Source: Octopus vulgaris (taxonomy: Eukaryota). Taken from it: 64,000 nt of DNA. This document shows positions 28,314 to 40,299 of the stretch, one piece after another; position 1 is the stretch's first letter; every line of letters starts with the position of its first letter. The notes beneath the pieces are model-generated. The model saw only the letters and a program-made list of their open reading frames with translations. It did not search any database and was not told the origin of the DNA. The translations under genes and the position numbers were made by a program. Where the stretch lies: NCBI GenBank assembly GCA_951406725.2, contig OX597823.1, positions 82,894,001 to 82,958,000 on the forward strand, read 5' to 3'.

Positions 28314-28982
28314 TAATGTTTATAAAACAACAGAACCGTCCAAATTAAAAAACATGAGAATTAACAAACATGATCTGGATCAATGCAAAGTAAGCAAAGC
28401 CGATGCACCATAGGTTCTGTCTTTCCGAGAACAGAAAAAACAGGATCGATATGAGAGCTTCGATTCTTTTTAAAAACTTGTATATCCTTCTTTTTTCTAT
28501 GCAGAGATCCATTTTCTGTTGCATGAACATGTAAGAAAGCAATCATATTCTTTACATCATATTGCTGCACTAAACTCGAATGTTTGTGTAAAGATTTTAT
28601 GCACTTAGAATGAATAAATAAATTATTTAATTAATTAATTAATCGTGTCTAAATCTCGTGTATAAATATGCAATTTTATTGATAAAATTAACAATAATCA
28701 TTGATTAAGAAATTAAAATTTAAAAGCGATAAATGTTTGGTAAGGAATGTAAGTTCTAATTAAGTTTTTGGTAAGAAATTAATTAACACATGTTTTGCTA
28801 TGCAGATTAAACTGACTGACACGTATTCTATCGGAATATTTTACCGAACCGCAAATTTGTGGAACCGTAAACCAACCACTACTGGTTTTCAAGTGTGGGA
28901 GACAAACAAAAGACATGCACACTCCATCACTCGCACATATCTATACAAGCACAGAGAGGAACGCTTATATATATATATATAT

Positions 28983-29024
<42 letters not shown>

Positions 29025-29025
<1 letters not shown>

Positions 29026-29660
29026 TCAAAAATAAGGGTGAAAAAATTGGATATTAATTTAATAATACCATCAAGTTAACACGAAGTGGCTTAGCGCATA
29101 AAAACCAGGGATACAATAAAATTTATACACAAATATGAGAGAGTGTCCACTATGTGGTCGACTCTTGCGCTAAAAATAGATCCGCTAAGGTCTCAACCAC
29201 CGAGAATTGTTTCCAAGGAGAATTAGCACAACTATGAACGTAACCGAGCAGGACAAATGAAAAATAACATAAATGTAGATTAATTCTAGACAATTGTTTC
29301 GCTATTAATGAATCATGTAATTTTACTTACATAATATATCCATAGCTCATCAGTAGAATTTGTCTTGGATACAATTTACTAAACCGCACGCCAGATTTTA
29401 ACATAGCGTTAAACACACGTGTGGTTTAGTCAATTATATTCGCAGTTATGATTCGAATGCCCTCGTTATAGCCCGCCAAAAATCCCGGAAACAAATACTG
29501 CATAAAAAAATTACTGCAGTATAATTAAAATCAAAAATAAGGGGGAAAAAATTGGATATTAATTTAATAATACCATCAATTTAACACCAAGTGGCTTAGC
29601 GCATAAAAACCAGGGATACAATAAAAATTTATACACAAATAAAAATTTATACACAAATAA
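29025..29660 (-). mobile_element. Non-coding retrozyme / Penelope pLTR-like element: 505-bp unit plus ~110-bp terminal direct repeat
   Basis: 29025-29135 is repeated at 29530-29641; the unit contains a canonical hammerhead; no ORF; abuts a (GATA)n tract. Confidence 0.85.
29282..29360 (-). ncRNA. Type I hammerhead ribozyme, canonical core
   Basis: Minus strand: AATTCTA-CTGATGA-GCTAT[36 nt]ATAGC-GAAA-CAATTG-TC-TAGAATT. 7-bp stem I, 5-bp stem II, palindromic stem III (ACAATTGT), GUC cleavage triplet. Confidence 0.9.
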
Positions 29661-29709
29661 AACCTTAAGATTAAAGATGAAATTTGTATAGTGCTCTGTG
29701 AACATATTT

Positions 29710-29915
29710 CTTTTCTACTCTAGGCACAAGGCCCGAAAATTTTGTGGTGGTGATCAGTTGATTAGAGTGTCCACAGTACGCAACTGGTACTTAATTTGTC
29801 GATTCCGAAAGAATAAAAGGTAAAGTATACCTTGGCGGAATTTGAACTTAGAGACAATCGAAATAATAATAAGCATCTCGCCGGAGTGCTAATGTTTCTG
29901 CCAGATTGCCGCCTT
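29710..29915 (-). mobile_element. SINE family A (GGGCCTTGTGCCTAGAGTAGAAA tail type)
   Basis: Family-A head and body, tail as at 62068 and 60410. Confidence 0.82.
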
Positions 29916-30775
29916 AAAGAAGGTGATTATATTTGTTATTATCATGGAGATCATGTAGAAATTTCTGAGTGAATAAAAAGAGAAAAAAGAAAATCGAATG
30001 TGTAGAGGCAGGAACTTAAACACGAGAATATCAACGAAATGGTTACTATTTCAATTCAAGTCTGATATAGCTGACAGCACATCAAGTAGTCTTTCGATTC
30101 CTTTTTTTAATTTTGATTTACCCCTCCACAAGCTTACGAACAGACACACAAATACACGTAGGTACTCACAGAACGACACGCAATTACATGTAGAATCAAA
30201 CAGGCAGACACACTCATACACGTAGGTTACATACATACGCAGATGCAGGAACGTAAAACACGCACATTTCCTGCACAGCCAGTCGAAAAGTGTTCATATA
30301 TTGAATGAATTTATACTGATGCTGTGAAGTGACCTGAAACATTCTCTTGCGCACGCAATTATAATCACCAATAAACAGTTAAGATGACGAGCGTTGATAT
30401 AGTACTGAACGACCAACTAAGACGTCATGAGTTCGTTATTTGTGTTGTAACCATGGCTAAAAATGCTAATTCTAATATAGGGATTCATATTGTGGAACAA
30501 ATCACTACATAGAAATGCGCTATGCTTGACATCTTCCTGTTTGAGGCTAATGTTACATATGTTATTAGAAAGAAGAGACGGGACTTGTATGTCTTTCCCA
30601 AGGCTAATTGTAGCGTCAGCTTGCAGGAATTGTAAATCGAAACTCGTAACCGGTTCCGTATTTTATTGGAATTTATTTCTTGATTTGCAAAGCAGCGAGC
30701 AGGTAGAATTGTTAACATATGGAACTAAATACTTAGCGTCATTTCTTCCAGCTCTGTATATTAGGGTGCAAATAC

Positions 30776-31377
30776 CTATTTCTTTACTACCCACAAGGGA
30801 CTAAACACAGAGAGGACAAACTAGGACAGACAAACAGATTAAGTCGATTATATCGAACCCAGTGCGTAACTGGTACTTACTTAATCGCCCTCGAAAGAAC
30901 GAAAGGCAAATCCGACCTCGGCGGAATTTGAACTCAGAGCGTAGCGGCAGACGAAATACTTATTTCTTTACGACCCGCAATGGGCTAAACACAGAGAGGA
31001 CAAACAAGGACAGACAAACGGATTAATTCGTTTATATCGACCCTAGTGCGTAACTAGTATTTATTTAATCGACCTCGAAAGGATGAAAGGCAAAGTCGAC
31101 ATCGGCGGAATTTGAACTCAGGACGTAGCGGCAGACGAAATACCTATTTCTTTACTACCCACAAGGGGCTAAACACAGAGGGGACAAACAAGGACAGACA
31201 AACGGATTAAGTCGATTATATCGATCCCAGTGCGTAACTGGTACTTTATTTAATCGACCCCGAAAGGATGAAAGGCAAAGTCGACCTCGGCGGAATTTGA
31301 ACTCAGAACGTAACGGCAGACGAAATACCGCTAGGCATTTCGCCCGGCGTGCTAACGATTCTGCCAGCTCGCCGCCT
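30776..31377 (-). mobile_element. SINE family A trimer within a single 17-bp TSD
   Basis: Three ~184-bp units (starting 30776, ~30960, ~31144) and one 5' head. TATTAGGGTGCAAATAC at 30759-30775 and 31378-31394. Confidence 0.93.
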
Positions 31378-32540
31378 TATTAGGGTGCAAATACTTTGCC
31401 ATTCATCAATTCAAGGTCGATAAAATAAGTACTTTTCAAGTACCAGGGTCGGTGCAATCTATCCTCGTAATTACTGGCCTTGATGCCTGCAATAGAATGG
31501 CGTCCTATTCTGGAGAATGTTGCGCTCTAAGTCGCTTATACGCCATGGGAAGCGAATAATCGGCCTTAGGATTGCTATGACCCGTGAAAGAAAAATTATG
31601 TGTGTTTAGAATAATGTATATTTGTGTAGTTCTTTTTATTTCTCACTGTGACTAATGGTTGTCAAGGATCAGCCACTTCCAAGGTAGCTTCTCTTAAATT
31701 TATTTCAAAAATAATTATTTATCGATGCGTTTAACCAATTCATTATAGCATACTCCAACACTACAATTAACGACATACACTCACAGCTAAAACTATGAAT
31801 TCCAAAATATATTCAAATACAGGAAAGGAACAAAAAGGTTTCTCATACAGCAGATACGCATCGCTACCTCATAATTTACAATGTAAGAAGAAAAAATCTA
31901 ACGGACACGACCCAATAGAGACCGCCACGTCAATAACACTGCGGCGAACAACTTTAGACAGAATGTACTGCATTCTATCAGCGAGCTGCTAGCTTTTGTT
32001 GAGATGATATATGAAGCTATAGTGTCGATGCATATATTTTGCTGATATGCGCAGTGTGTTTATGTAGGCTTATGTAAGTGTATGTGTTTGTGACAAACGT
32101 GTAACTACACGAACGTACCGATGTAGATATACGAGAATATAAAAGCGATTATTCATTAGTTCATTATGACAACTTCATAAATCTTCTTGAATGCAATGGC
32201 AATCCATCACAGTGATATTCTCTGGAGATTTCTGACAGTTATATGAAGTGAGACATGTAAACTTAAGTTACCTGAAGTTGCGGGGATGATGAGAGTATGA
32301 AGGTGAAGCATTAACATAAAACTTTTGTCAAACTCACCAATGAGTATTGCTTTGAGACCTTAATTGCTCAGAGCACACATCTCTTTAAGTTAATATACAC
32401 AAGGGTAGTCATTTTAGAATCACAAACCAAAGGAAAACTTATAACATTTATAATACCGTGACATCAAGTTCCCGGAAACTTATGGTCCAAATCCATTTCG
32501 AATTACTGATTTTTCCGAACCAGGGGTTAGTCACACTCTG

Positions 32541-32770
32541 GGAGCAGGCGTGGCTGTATGATAAAAAGCTTGCTTCCCAATCACATGATTCCAGGTTCAG
32601 TCCCACTGCGTGGCACCTTGAGCATATGTCTTCAACTAGAGCCTCGGGCCGACCAGGAGTGGATTTGGTAGACGAAAACTGAAAGAAGCCAGTCGTGTGT
32701 GTGTCTCCCTGTATCTGTGTTTGTCCTTCACCACCGCTTGACAAACAGTGTTGGTGTGTTTATGTCCCCG
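32541..32770 (+). mobile_element. SINE family B, 5' two-thirds
   Basis: GGAGCAGGCGTGGCTGTATG...GGTTCAGTCCCACTGCGTGGCACCTTGAGCA...GACGAAAACTGAAAGAAGCC. Confidence 0.8.
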
Positions 32771-32970
32771 TATATAAAAACGCACACACTGCTTGATTCA
32801 CTTGTCAGACTGCGATCATGCTGGAGCACGGCCTTGAATTTTAGTCGATGGAAGCGACACCGGAACTTATATTTTCTTTAAGCCGAGTATGTGTTCAATT
32901 AATTACTTTTGCCGGATCGTCAGGTTACAAGGACGTAAACACACCAATGCTTGTTGTCAAGCGGTGGAGG

Positions 32971-33019
<49 letters not shown>

Positions 33020-33213
33020 TAGCACGCTTTATGTATCCACCCCGACAGGATGAAAGGTTAAGTCCACCTCGGCGGAATTTGAACTCAGAGCATAAAGACA
33101 GACGAAATTCCGGTGAGCATTTACCCTCGGAAATATTAAAAAACGATATATTCAGAACACTCACTACCCATGAATTTATTCAGAACAATTCCATTCCCTA
33201 CTGCTACTTTTTG

Positions 33214-33283
<70 letters not shown>

Positions 33284-33423
33284 CTGACCGAAACTTTGAA
33301 GTCACTATCATCAGCATCGTTGTGTAAAAATAATAGATTTGTACTCTACAAAAGTATGCAGGAACCCAACAGGTTAATGTAATGGAAAATTGCTTTTATT
33401 TTAACTGAACATAGAAACAAACA

Positions 33424-33426
<3 letters not shown>

Positions 33427-33459
<33 letters not shown>

Positions 33460-33669
33460 TACATATATATGTATACATATATATACATATACATATATAC
33501 GTATACATATATATACATATATGGATATATGTTTATACATATATATATATATACATATAGACATATATATAAACATATATATACATATATAAATATACAC
33601 ATATATATATATGTATATACACACATATATATATACATATATATATGTATATATATACATATACATACA

Positions 33670-33703
<34 letters not shown>

Positions 33704-33721
33704 CATATATACATATATATA

Positions 33722-33766
<45 letters not shown>

Positions 33767-33780
33767 GTTTATATATATAC
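33427..33780. repeat. Compound (TA)n/(TACA)n microsatellite
   Basis: Directly visible. Confidence 0.95.
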
Positions 33781-34033
33781 TGCGAGTCAGCAAAATCGTT
33801 GGAGCGTCGAGTGCCTTGCAGTATCTGTTCCATTAATTGACGCTATGAATTCAGAGACGCGTCTTATCACTTTCTCACGGGAAGATGTTTCGCAACATCC
33901 CAACGATTTCTTTCAACTTATCAATCTCCATGACAGCAGAACTTGCACGCGGGAGTTGCCAATGATAGGGGGATGCTTGATAGCTTAACGAAAATTATTG
34001 AATATGTATGCAAGCGCACATACACCAATTCAT

Positions 34034-34053
34034 ATAGATAGATAGATAGATAT

Positions 34054-34122
<69 letters not shown>

Positions 34123-34127
34123 CAGAC

Positions 34128-34161
<34 letters not shown>

Positions 34162-34185
34162 ATAGATAGGTAGATAGATAGATAA

Positions 34186-34262
<77 letters not shown>

Positions 34263-34265
34263 CAG
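34034..34265. repeat. (TAGA)n microsatellite
   Basis: Directly visible. Confidence 0.95.
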
Positions 34266-34488
34266 AGAAATCGTTTCCTTGTTTAAATTATTAGACTGTC
34301 GCTATGGAGAGGGGGCGCTGCCTTGAAGAATTTTAGTCGAACGACACCTGAACTTATTTCTTGTAAGCCTAACACTTTCTCTATTGGCGTCTTTTACCGA
34401 ACTGTTATGTTACGGATGTGTAAACACACCAACACAGGTTCTCAAGCGGTGGTGAAGGATGAACGGATACACAAACATTCAAACACAC

Positions 34489-34540
<52 letters not shown>

Positions 34541-34738
34541 CAAAAGTGTTTTGCGTTCCTGACACATTTTTTGTATATAAAATATAAATATGGGTCTAGA
34601 GTCAAGAACGCAAAACATCCAATTTGGTGATACAAAAATGGGGCAACAAGACATCCAGACAGACGACACAGAAAGAAACAAAAACGGGTCATTCGGAGTT
34701 TTCTTTCCTCAGTCAAGTTCCAGATTATCTTTGCAATT

Positions 34739-35124
34739 TACAAGCACATATACATATATCGTCACAAACATTTTTGAAGATTGCGCCTATCAATATGTAT
34801 AGAGATTTCTATGCACGCGTACACACACGTGTATACCCAGTTAAAATCATGTGTGTATGTATGTATGTATGTATGTATGTATGTATATATATACGAAGAA
34901 ATACGTACACGCACACAGACACACACACATATATATATATATATCTGTGTGTGTGCGTGTATGTATTTCTTCGTATATATATACATACATACATACATAC
35001 ATACATACACACATGATTTTAACTGGGTATACATGTGTGTGTACGCGTGCATAGAAATCTCTATACATATTGATAGGCGCAATCTTCAAAAATGTTCGTG
35101 ACGATATATGTATATGTGCTTGTA
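34739..35124. repeat. ~386-bp near-perfect palindrome
   Basis: TACAAGCACATATACATATATCGTCAC...GATTGCGCCTATCAATATG... mirrors ...CATATTGATAGGCGCAATC...GTGACGATATATGTATATGTGCTTGTA; centre in (TA)n near 34932; mirror-image ORFs 34762-35082(-) and 34781-35101(+). Confidence 0.97.
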
Positions 35125-35151
35125 TTACATACATATATATATGTGTGTGTG

Positions 35152-35239
<88 letters not shown>

Positions 35240-36200
35240 GGCAGACAGACAGCAAGGGCGAGAGAGAGCGCAAGAGAGAAAGAGCGTGATATATTCATAA
35301 ATATGTGTGTGTGTATATATATATATATATATCATATATATACTGTATGTACATATGCAAACAGGCACCCCCCACGCACACACGTATGTACACGTGTATA
35401 TATAAACACGTGCTTCCTACACAGTTATATGTAAGCATAGATGGTTATGTGTCTGTGTGCACGTCAGTGTTTGTGAGTATGCGAGAGAGCATGCGCTTAC
35501 CTGCTCGTGAGTGTGTATGCGTATACGTCATAGGAGTCAGTTATCTTTATTAACAGCCAAGAAAGGCAATAATGGTAAGCCAGGCACGTGTATATATCGA
35601 CTTATTCTTGTAACATCACTAAAACGCATGGTGCTCAATGTGAATCGCATTTTGCTATTTTGCTTAGAACATATCAGCTTTTCTAATACGGAAACAAACT
35701 GCAATAATAAGGTTTAAAGTGAAAGAAATCCTACACCTGAGTTCGTTTCTCAGCTAGAGCAGCGACTAGATTATAATCGCTAATTATTATTTATATGGAG
35801 ATGATAAACAGATAATGTAAACCAGGGGATGCTGCTTATATACTTTGTATTCGTTGACATCTTCCCATTCATTGTATTGACACATATATATACACACACA
35901 TGCATATATATATATAAAAATATATAAAGATATATATATATATACAAACATGTATTATATGCGTATATATGCATATATATACATAGATACATAAATATGT
36001 ATTTATGTATATATACATACATATATGTGCATATTATATATATATATACATATATATACATATTATATATATATATATATTCATTCATACATACATATGA
36101 ATATAGAGATCTAGATATATGATAGCTGTAGTTATAGGTTTATAGCTATCTATGTGTGTACGTATCTATGTATCCGTGCACCTTTTTCTCTCTCTCAATA

Positions 36201-36317
<117 letters not shown>

Positions 36318-36350
36318 TCCCTGTTTCTACGGCTCTCTCCCCTGTGTCTC

Positions 36351-36393
<43 letters not shown>

Positions 36394-36914
36394 GTTGATA
36401 TATTTAGAGAGAGAGACGGGTGAGAGGAACATATAGACAGATAGACAAATAATAAAAAAATAGATAGGTAACTAGATAGATAATAAATGAAGCGAAAACT
36501 AAATGGAAACAGATGGAAATAACGATATTAATAGGCACAGTGCCACAAACAAGCCCCCTTCAAGCGAATAAAAGAAAATAAACTAAATATGCACTAAACA
36601 TACATAACGATGACCGACTTAGTGACCACTATCATGGCGGACAAAATCAATTTACAGAACAAAAACGCATGTGTCTAGGGAAATGTAATACAAGTATAAA
36701 GGAATAAATGCAAGAGAATAACACCTTAGGTGTATGAGGACCCAACTAATAACAATAGAAATACATTCAGGTAATTAGTGTGGAATGGTGTCAGTGAGCA
36801 GATCGAATTTAGTGCGACGAAAATGTCCGCAGTTCATGAAATAAATTGAATGGGAATTTCAGAGTTTTGTGCTATATGCGTGTGTCATACTTGAAGTCAG
36901 TGTATCTGTGTGTA

Positions 36915-37005
<91 letters not shown>

Positions 37006-37199
37006 TTGTGACTATCTATTCTCCCTATGGTTTTACTCGCTAAAGTTTGTCAATCGGCAGAAGCATTGCTTTGGGTAATTTTGTTGATTATATCGAGCCC
37101 GTTACCTATTTTTGCAATCAGGTAATTATATTTAACGATCTCTATTTTCCCGAAAGTGGACTCAAAGATAGAAATAAAAACAAGACTTAAACCACACAT

Positions 37200-37276
<77 letters not shown>

Positions 37277-37499
37277 AATATGTATATGTATACATATGTG
37301 TGTGCGTGTTCTGCACAGTTACCGTGTTCTAACTTCATAAGCAACTAAAGGAAGGCACTTGTTTAAGTTGCCATGTAGTACGACCGAACCGCTATGATAA
37401 GTGTACATATGCATATACAGGCATACCTATATACATACAAACATACATACACACATGCACTCATAAATACATGCATACATACATATATATACATATAAG

Positions 37500-37650
37500 T
37501 TTCTTTATTGGCCACACAGGGCTGTGACAGATGGGACAAGTTACAAGGTAGAGCTTTTCTTTTGGGTGATGAAAAAAACAAAAAACAAAAGAAAAAAAAG
37601 GGGTGGCGTAGGTTTTCGATCAAGAGGGATCGTAAAAGGGAAGAAAAGAA
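37500..37650 (-). mobile_element. Putative LINE 3' terminus
   Basis: Minus strand ends CCTTGTAACTTGTCCCATCTGTCACAGCCCTGTGTGGCCAATAAAGAAA (poly-A-like signal, pyrimidine-rich upstream); resembles one SINE-A tail type. Confidence 0.5.
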
Positions 37651-37763
37651 CAAAAAAATATAATAAAAAATAAATAAAATAAAATAAAATAAAATAAAAA
37701 ATAAAAAGAATAAAAAGAAAAAAAAGAAAAGGAAAAGGAACAAAAGAAAAGAGAAAGATAGAT

Positions 37764-37847
<84 letters not shown>

Positions 37848-38009
37848 TTAATAACGATAAAGACCGTGCAGCGAAGAGTACACGGAATTACTCATCGTAA
37901 TAATTCACGGAGCAACTAACCACTATCGTAGTCACTGATCGTTGTGGTTAGCCGTTAACTGGAACCTAACTGTGAGCTAATACGCTATCCGCACGGATAA
38001 TATATCACA

Positions 38010-38220
38010 CCAACTCCATGTTGAACCGTTGAACTCTGTTCATTTTTCTCTCTCCTTTTGTTTTCATTCTCTCTCCATTTTTTTCCCTCATAATCCTTTC
38101 TGTCGAAGAGCGTAGACTCGAAAAGTAAAAGACTTTTCCATTTATCAAGCGCGTTAGACTAATACACCTGCTTGTTGTTCCTACATCTGTCTTCGTTTTT
38201 TGTTTTTGACACGTATAAAA
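38010..38220 (+). mobile_element. Solo PLE pLTR with hammerhead-like motif
   Basis: Homologous to the tail of the GIY-YIG remnant at 9800-9980; contains CTGTCGAAGAGCGTAGACTCGAAAAGTAAAAGAC. Confidence 0.7.
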
Positions 38221-38699
38221 AAAGGTAAGCGATGTAACGCACACAGCAGACTGACATATGCACCGATAATTTAATAGTAGGCAAGTTTGCTGCTTCAACG
38301 AAAGAATGCCTCACATTTTTCCACGATATTTTCGCCCAAAAGACTTATTTTTTTTATATCTGGCACTCTGTCGTTCTCCATATCAAAGTTAAGGGTTAAG
38401 AAAGGCCAACCATGCAAAGCACAACTGTTCTTTACACATAGATGCACTGAATAACAGCAATCAAATAATGAAATCAGAGAGCACATCAGACGTCAGTGAT
38501 CTGACTGTCGCCTGGACTCTTCACAAGAGATGTCAGTTTCGTTCGTATTAGTCCGAGTTGCTGGATAATTTCTCTTTCCTTTAGGAATGTTCTAGAGCAG
38601 AAACTTTTCATAGATTGTAATTTAAATCCTAATGTCTATAAAAATTTATTATTTGAAAAAAACATTGAATTTGGATTACATTTAATGTTTACGATTATA

Positions 38700-38998
38700 G
38701 ATAACGACTCGGGCTCTGACTTCTGAGCCCGAGTCAGGCGCGTGTGAACGAAGTCGAGAGAACGTCTGCTAGGAATGATATTTTTTGACACAGGGCACTT
38801 CTAAGACGACCGCCAGACGCTACACGAAAATAAATGAACTGCGGCCGGGCTGAATAAAAGGAGCCCGAGTTATTGTCTGCAATTACATACTTGAAATCAG
38901 TGTTGACAAGAATTAGATCAGCTTGACGATACATGTTCACTTTACTAAATTTATGCTCGGGCTAAGCCCGAACAGCCCGAGTGCCGGAATCGCCACTG
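38700..38998 (-). mobile_element. Probable hAT-type transposon end with GCCCGAG subterminal repeats
   Basis: Minus strand begins CAGTGGCGATTCCGGC; repeated GCCCGA(G)/CTCGGGC motifs in both orientations. Partner terminus not found. Confidence 0.5.
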
Positions 38999-39017
38999 AC
39001 ATATCTCTCTCTCTCTC

Positions 39018-39927
39018 TGTAGTAGGGTCTAAGCTGCTTTTCCAGATAAGCCATCTCTCCATGTCGCATAGACCGCACCTTCCGCTGCCGTTGGTATAGG
39101 GCTTACATCTGGCCAAGATCTTCCAATGTATGTTATAATCGACACCTTTATCTCTTAAAGACCAAAACACAACAAGAAAACAGCTGTTCATGCAGGAATA
39201 AAGAATTGTGCCCGCTAAATGGAGCTTGCATGTCCAAGACCATCATATATGAAGCTACCGTAAACTCTATAACCACTAAAGACACCGTTTCGACGAAGAA
39301 ATACGTGGGCCTTACAGAGAGTAACTTCAAGGCCAGGTTCAATAACCACACTTTGAGCTTTAGGCACTGGAACAAAAGAAAAGTGACTCAATTATCTAAT
39401 CATATTTGGTCTTTAAGAGATAAAGGTGTCGATTATAGCATACATTGGAAGATTTTGGCCAGATGTAAGCCCTATACCAACGGCAGCGGAAGGTGCGGTC
39501 TATGCGACATGGAGAGATGGCTTATCTGGAAAAGCAGCTTAGACCCTACTACATGTCTAAACACAAGGACAGAACTTTTCGGATCATGCCCACATGTGAC
39601 TAAATTTCTGTTACGTTTTTGGTCCCCTAAAGAAAATAGATAGAACATGCTTTCTATGTTATGTCCCAAGAAGATTTTATATATTTTTACATATTTTAAT
39701 ATATTTTTTATGTATTTTTATATAATTTTTATGATGAAAAATGCGAGCGATGTATAAGTACGCAGGCAAGCAGAGTTATAACACAGTAATTTCCCATTGT
39801 ATAACGGTATTTTTTCATAGCGTTTTCAAATAGCCAGATAACCGAAGAGATGGTGTTGTGGATTTCCACTTCGGCATCTGAAACTCAGAGTTTTATCTTG
39901 ACTATCGAGTAATGTAACATATTATTG

Positions 39928-39930
<3 letters not shown>
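39018..39930 (+). mobile_element. Penelope-like element 3' end (GIY-YIG with CxxC/CxH tail) with inverted 5' duplication
   Basis: ORF 39206-39643: CPLNGAC..IIYEATV..KYVGLTESNFKARFNNH..WKIL..CGLCDMER..LNTRTELFGSCPH. 39018-39165 is the reverse complement of ~39407-39553. Confidence 0.9.
39836..39898 (+). ncRNA. Type I hammerhead-like motif in PLE 3' region (one core substitution)
   Basis: AGATAA-CCGAAGA-GATG...CATC-T-GAAA-CTCAGAG-TT-TTATCT; stems I, II and III all pair. Confidence 0.7.
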
Positions 39931-39964
<34 letters not shown>

Positions 39965-40244
39965 TTAATAAATAAAATATATGCATACATACAAACATAT
40001 ATGTACGTACCTACATCTACATGTATATATATATGCATATATAAATAAATATATACGTAAGTGCAGGACACCACAAAAAGACGTAGAACTGGACAGAAAC
40101 GAAAATGGAAAAGCCATTTTTTTACAACAGAAAGACAGAGAAGTGGAACAGGACGAGAACGAAAACGGGAAAAACATTATTTACAACAGAAAAACAAGGT
40201 ACAGGACAAGCTACACAAGGAAAATCCACAATCAACAGCTGTCG

Positions 40245-40299
40245 CTAGTAGACTTAGCGTGTTTCGAAGGCAAGACAGGACACGACTCGTCAATACTAG
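40245..40299 (-). ncRNA. Hammerhead-like motif (C3 to U, minimal stem II)
   Basis: Minus strand CTAGTA-TTGACGA-G...C-GAAA-C...G-TC-TACTAG; 6-bp stem I, GUC site. Confidence 0.55.

Noticed and set aside
30776-31377. Regular repeats resembling a CRISPR array
   Set aside because: Units are ~184-bp SINE bodies with no unique spacers; eukaryotic context, no cas genes.
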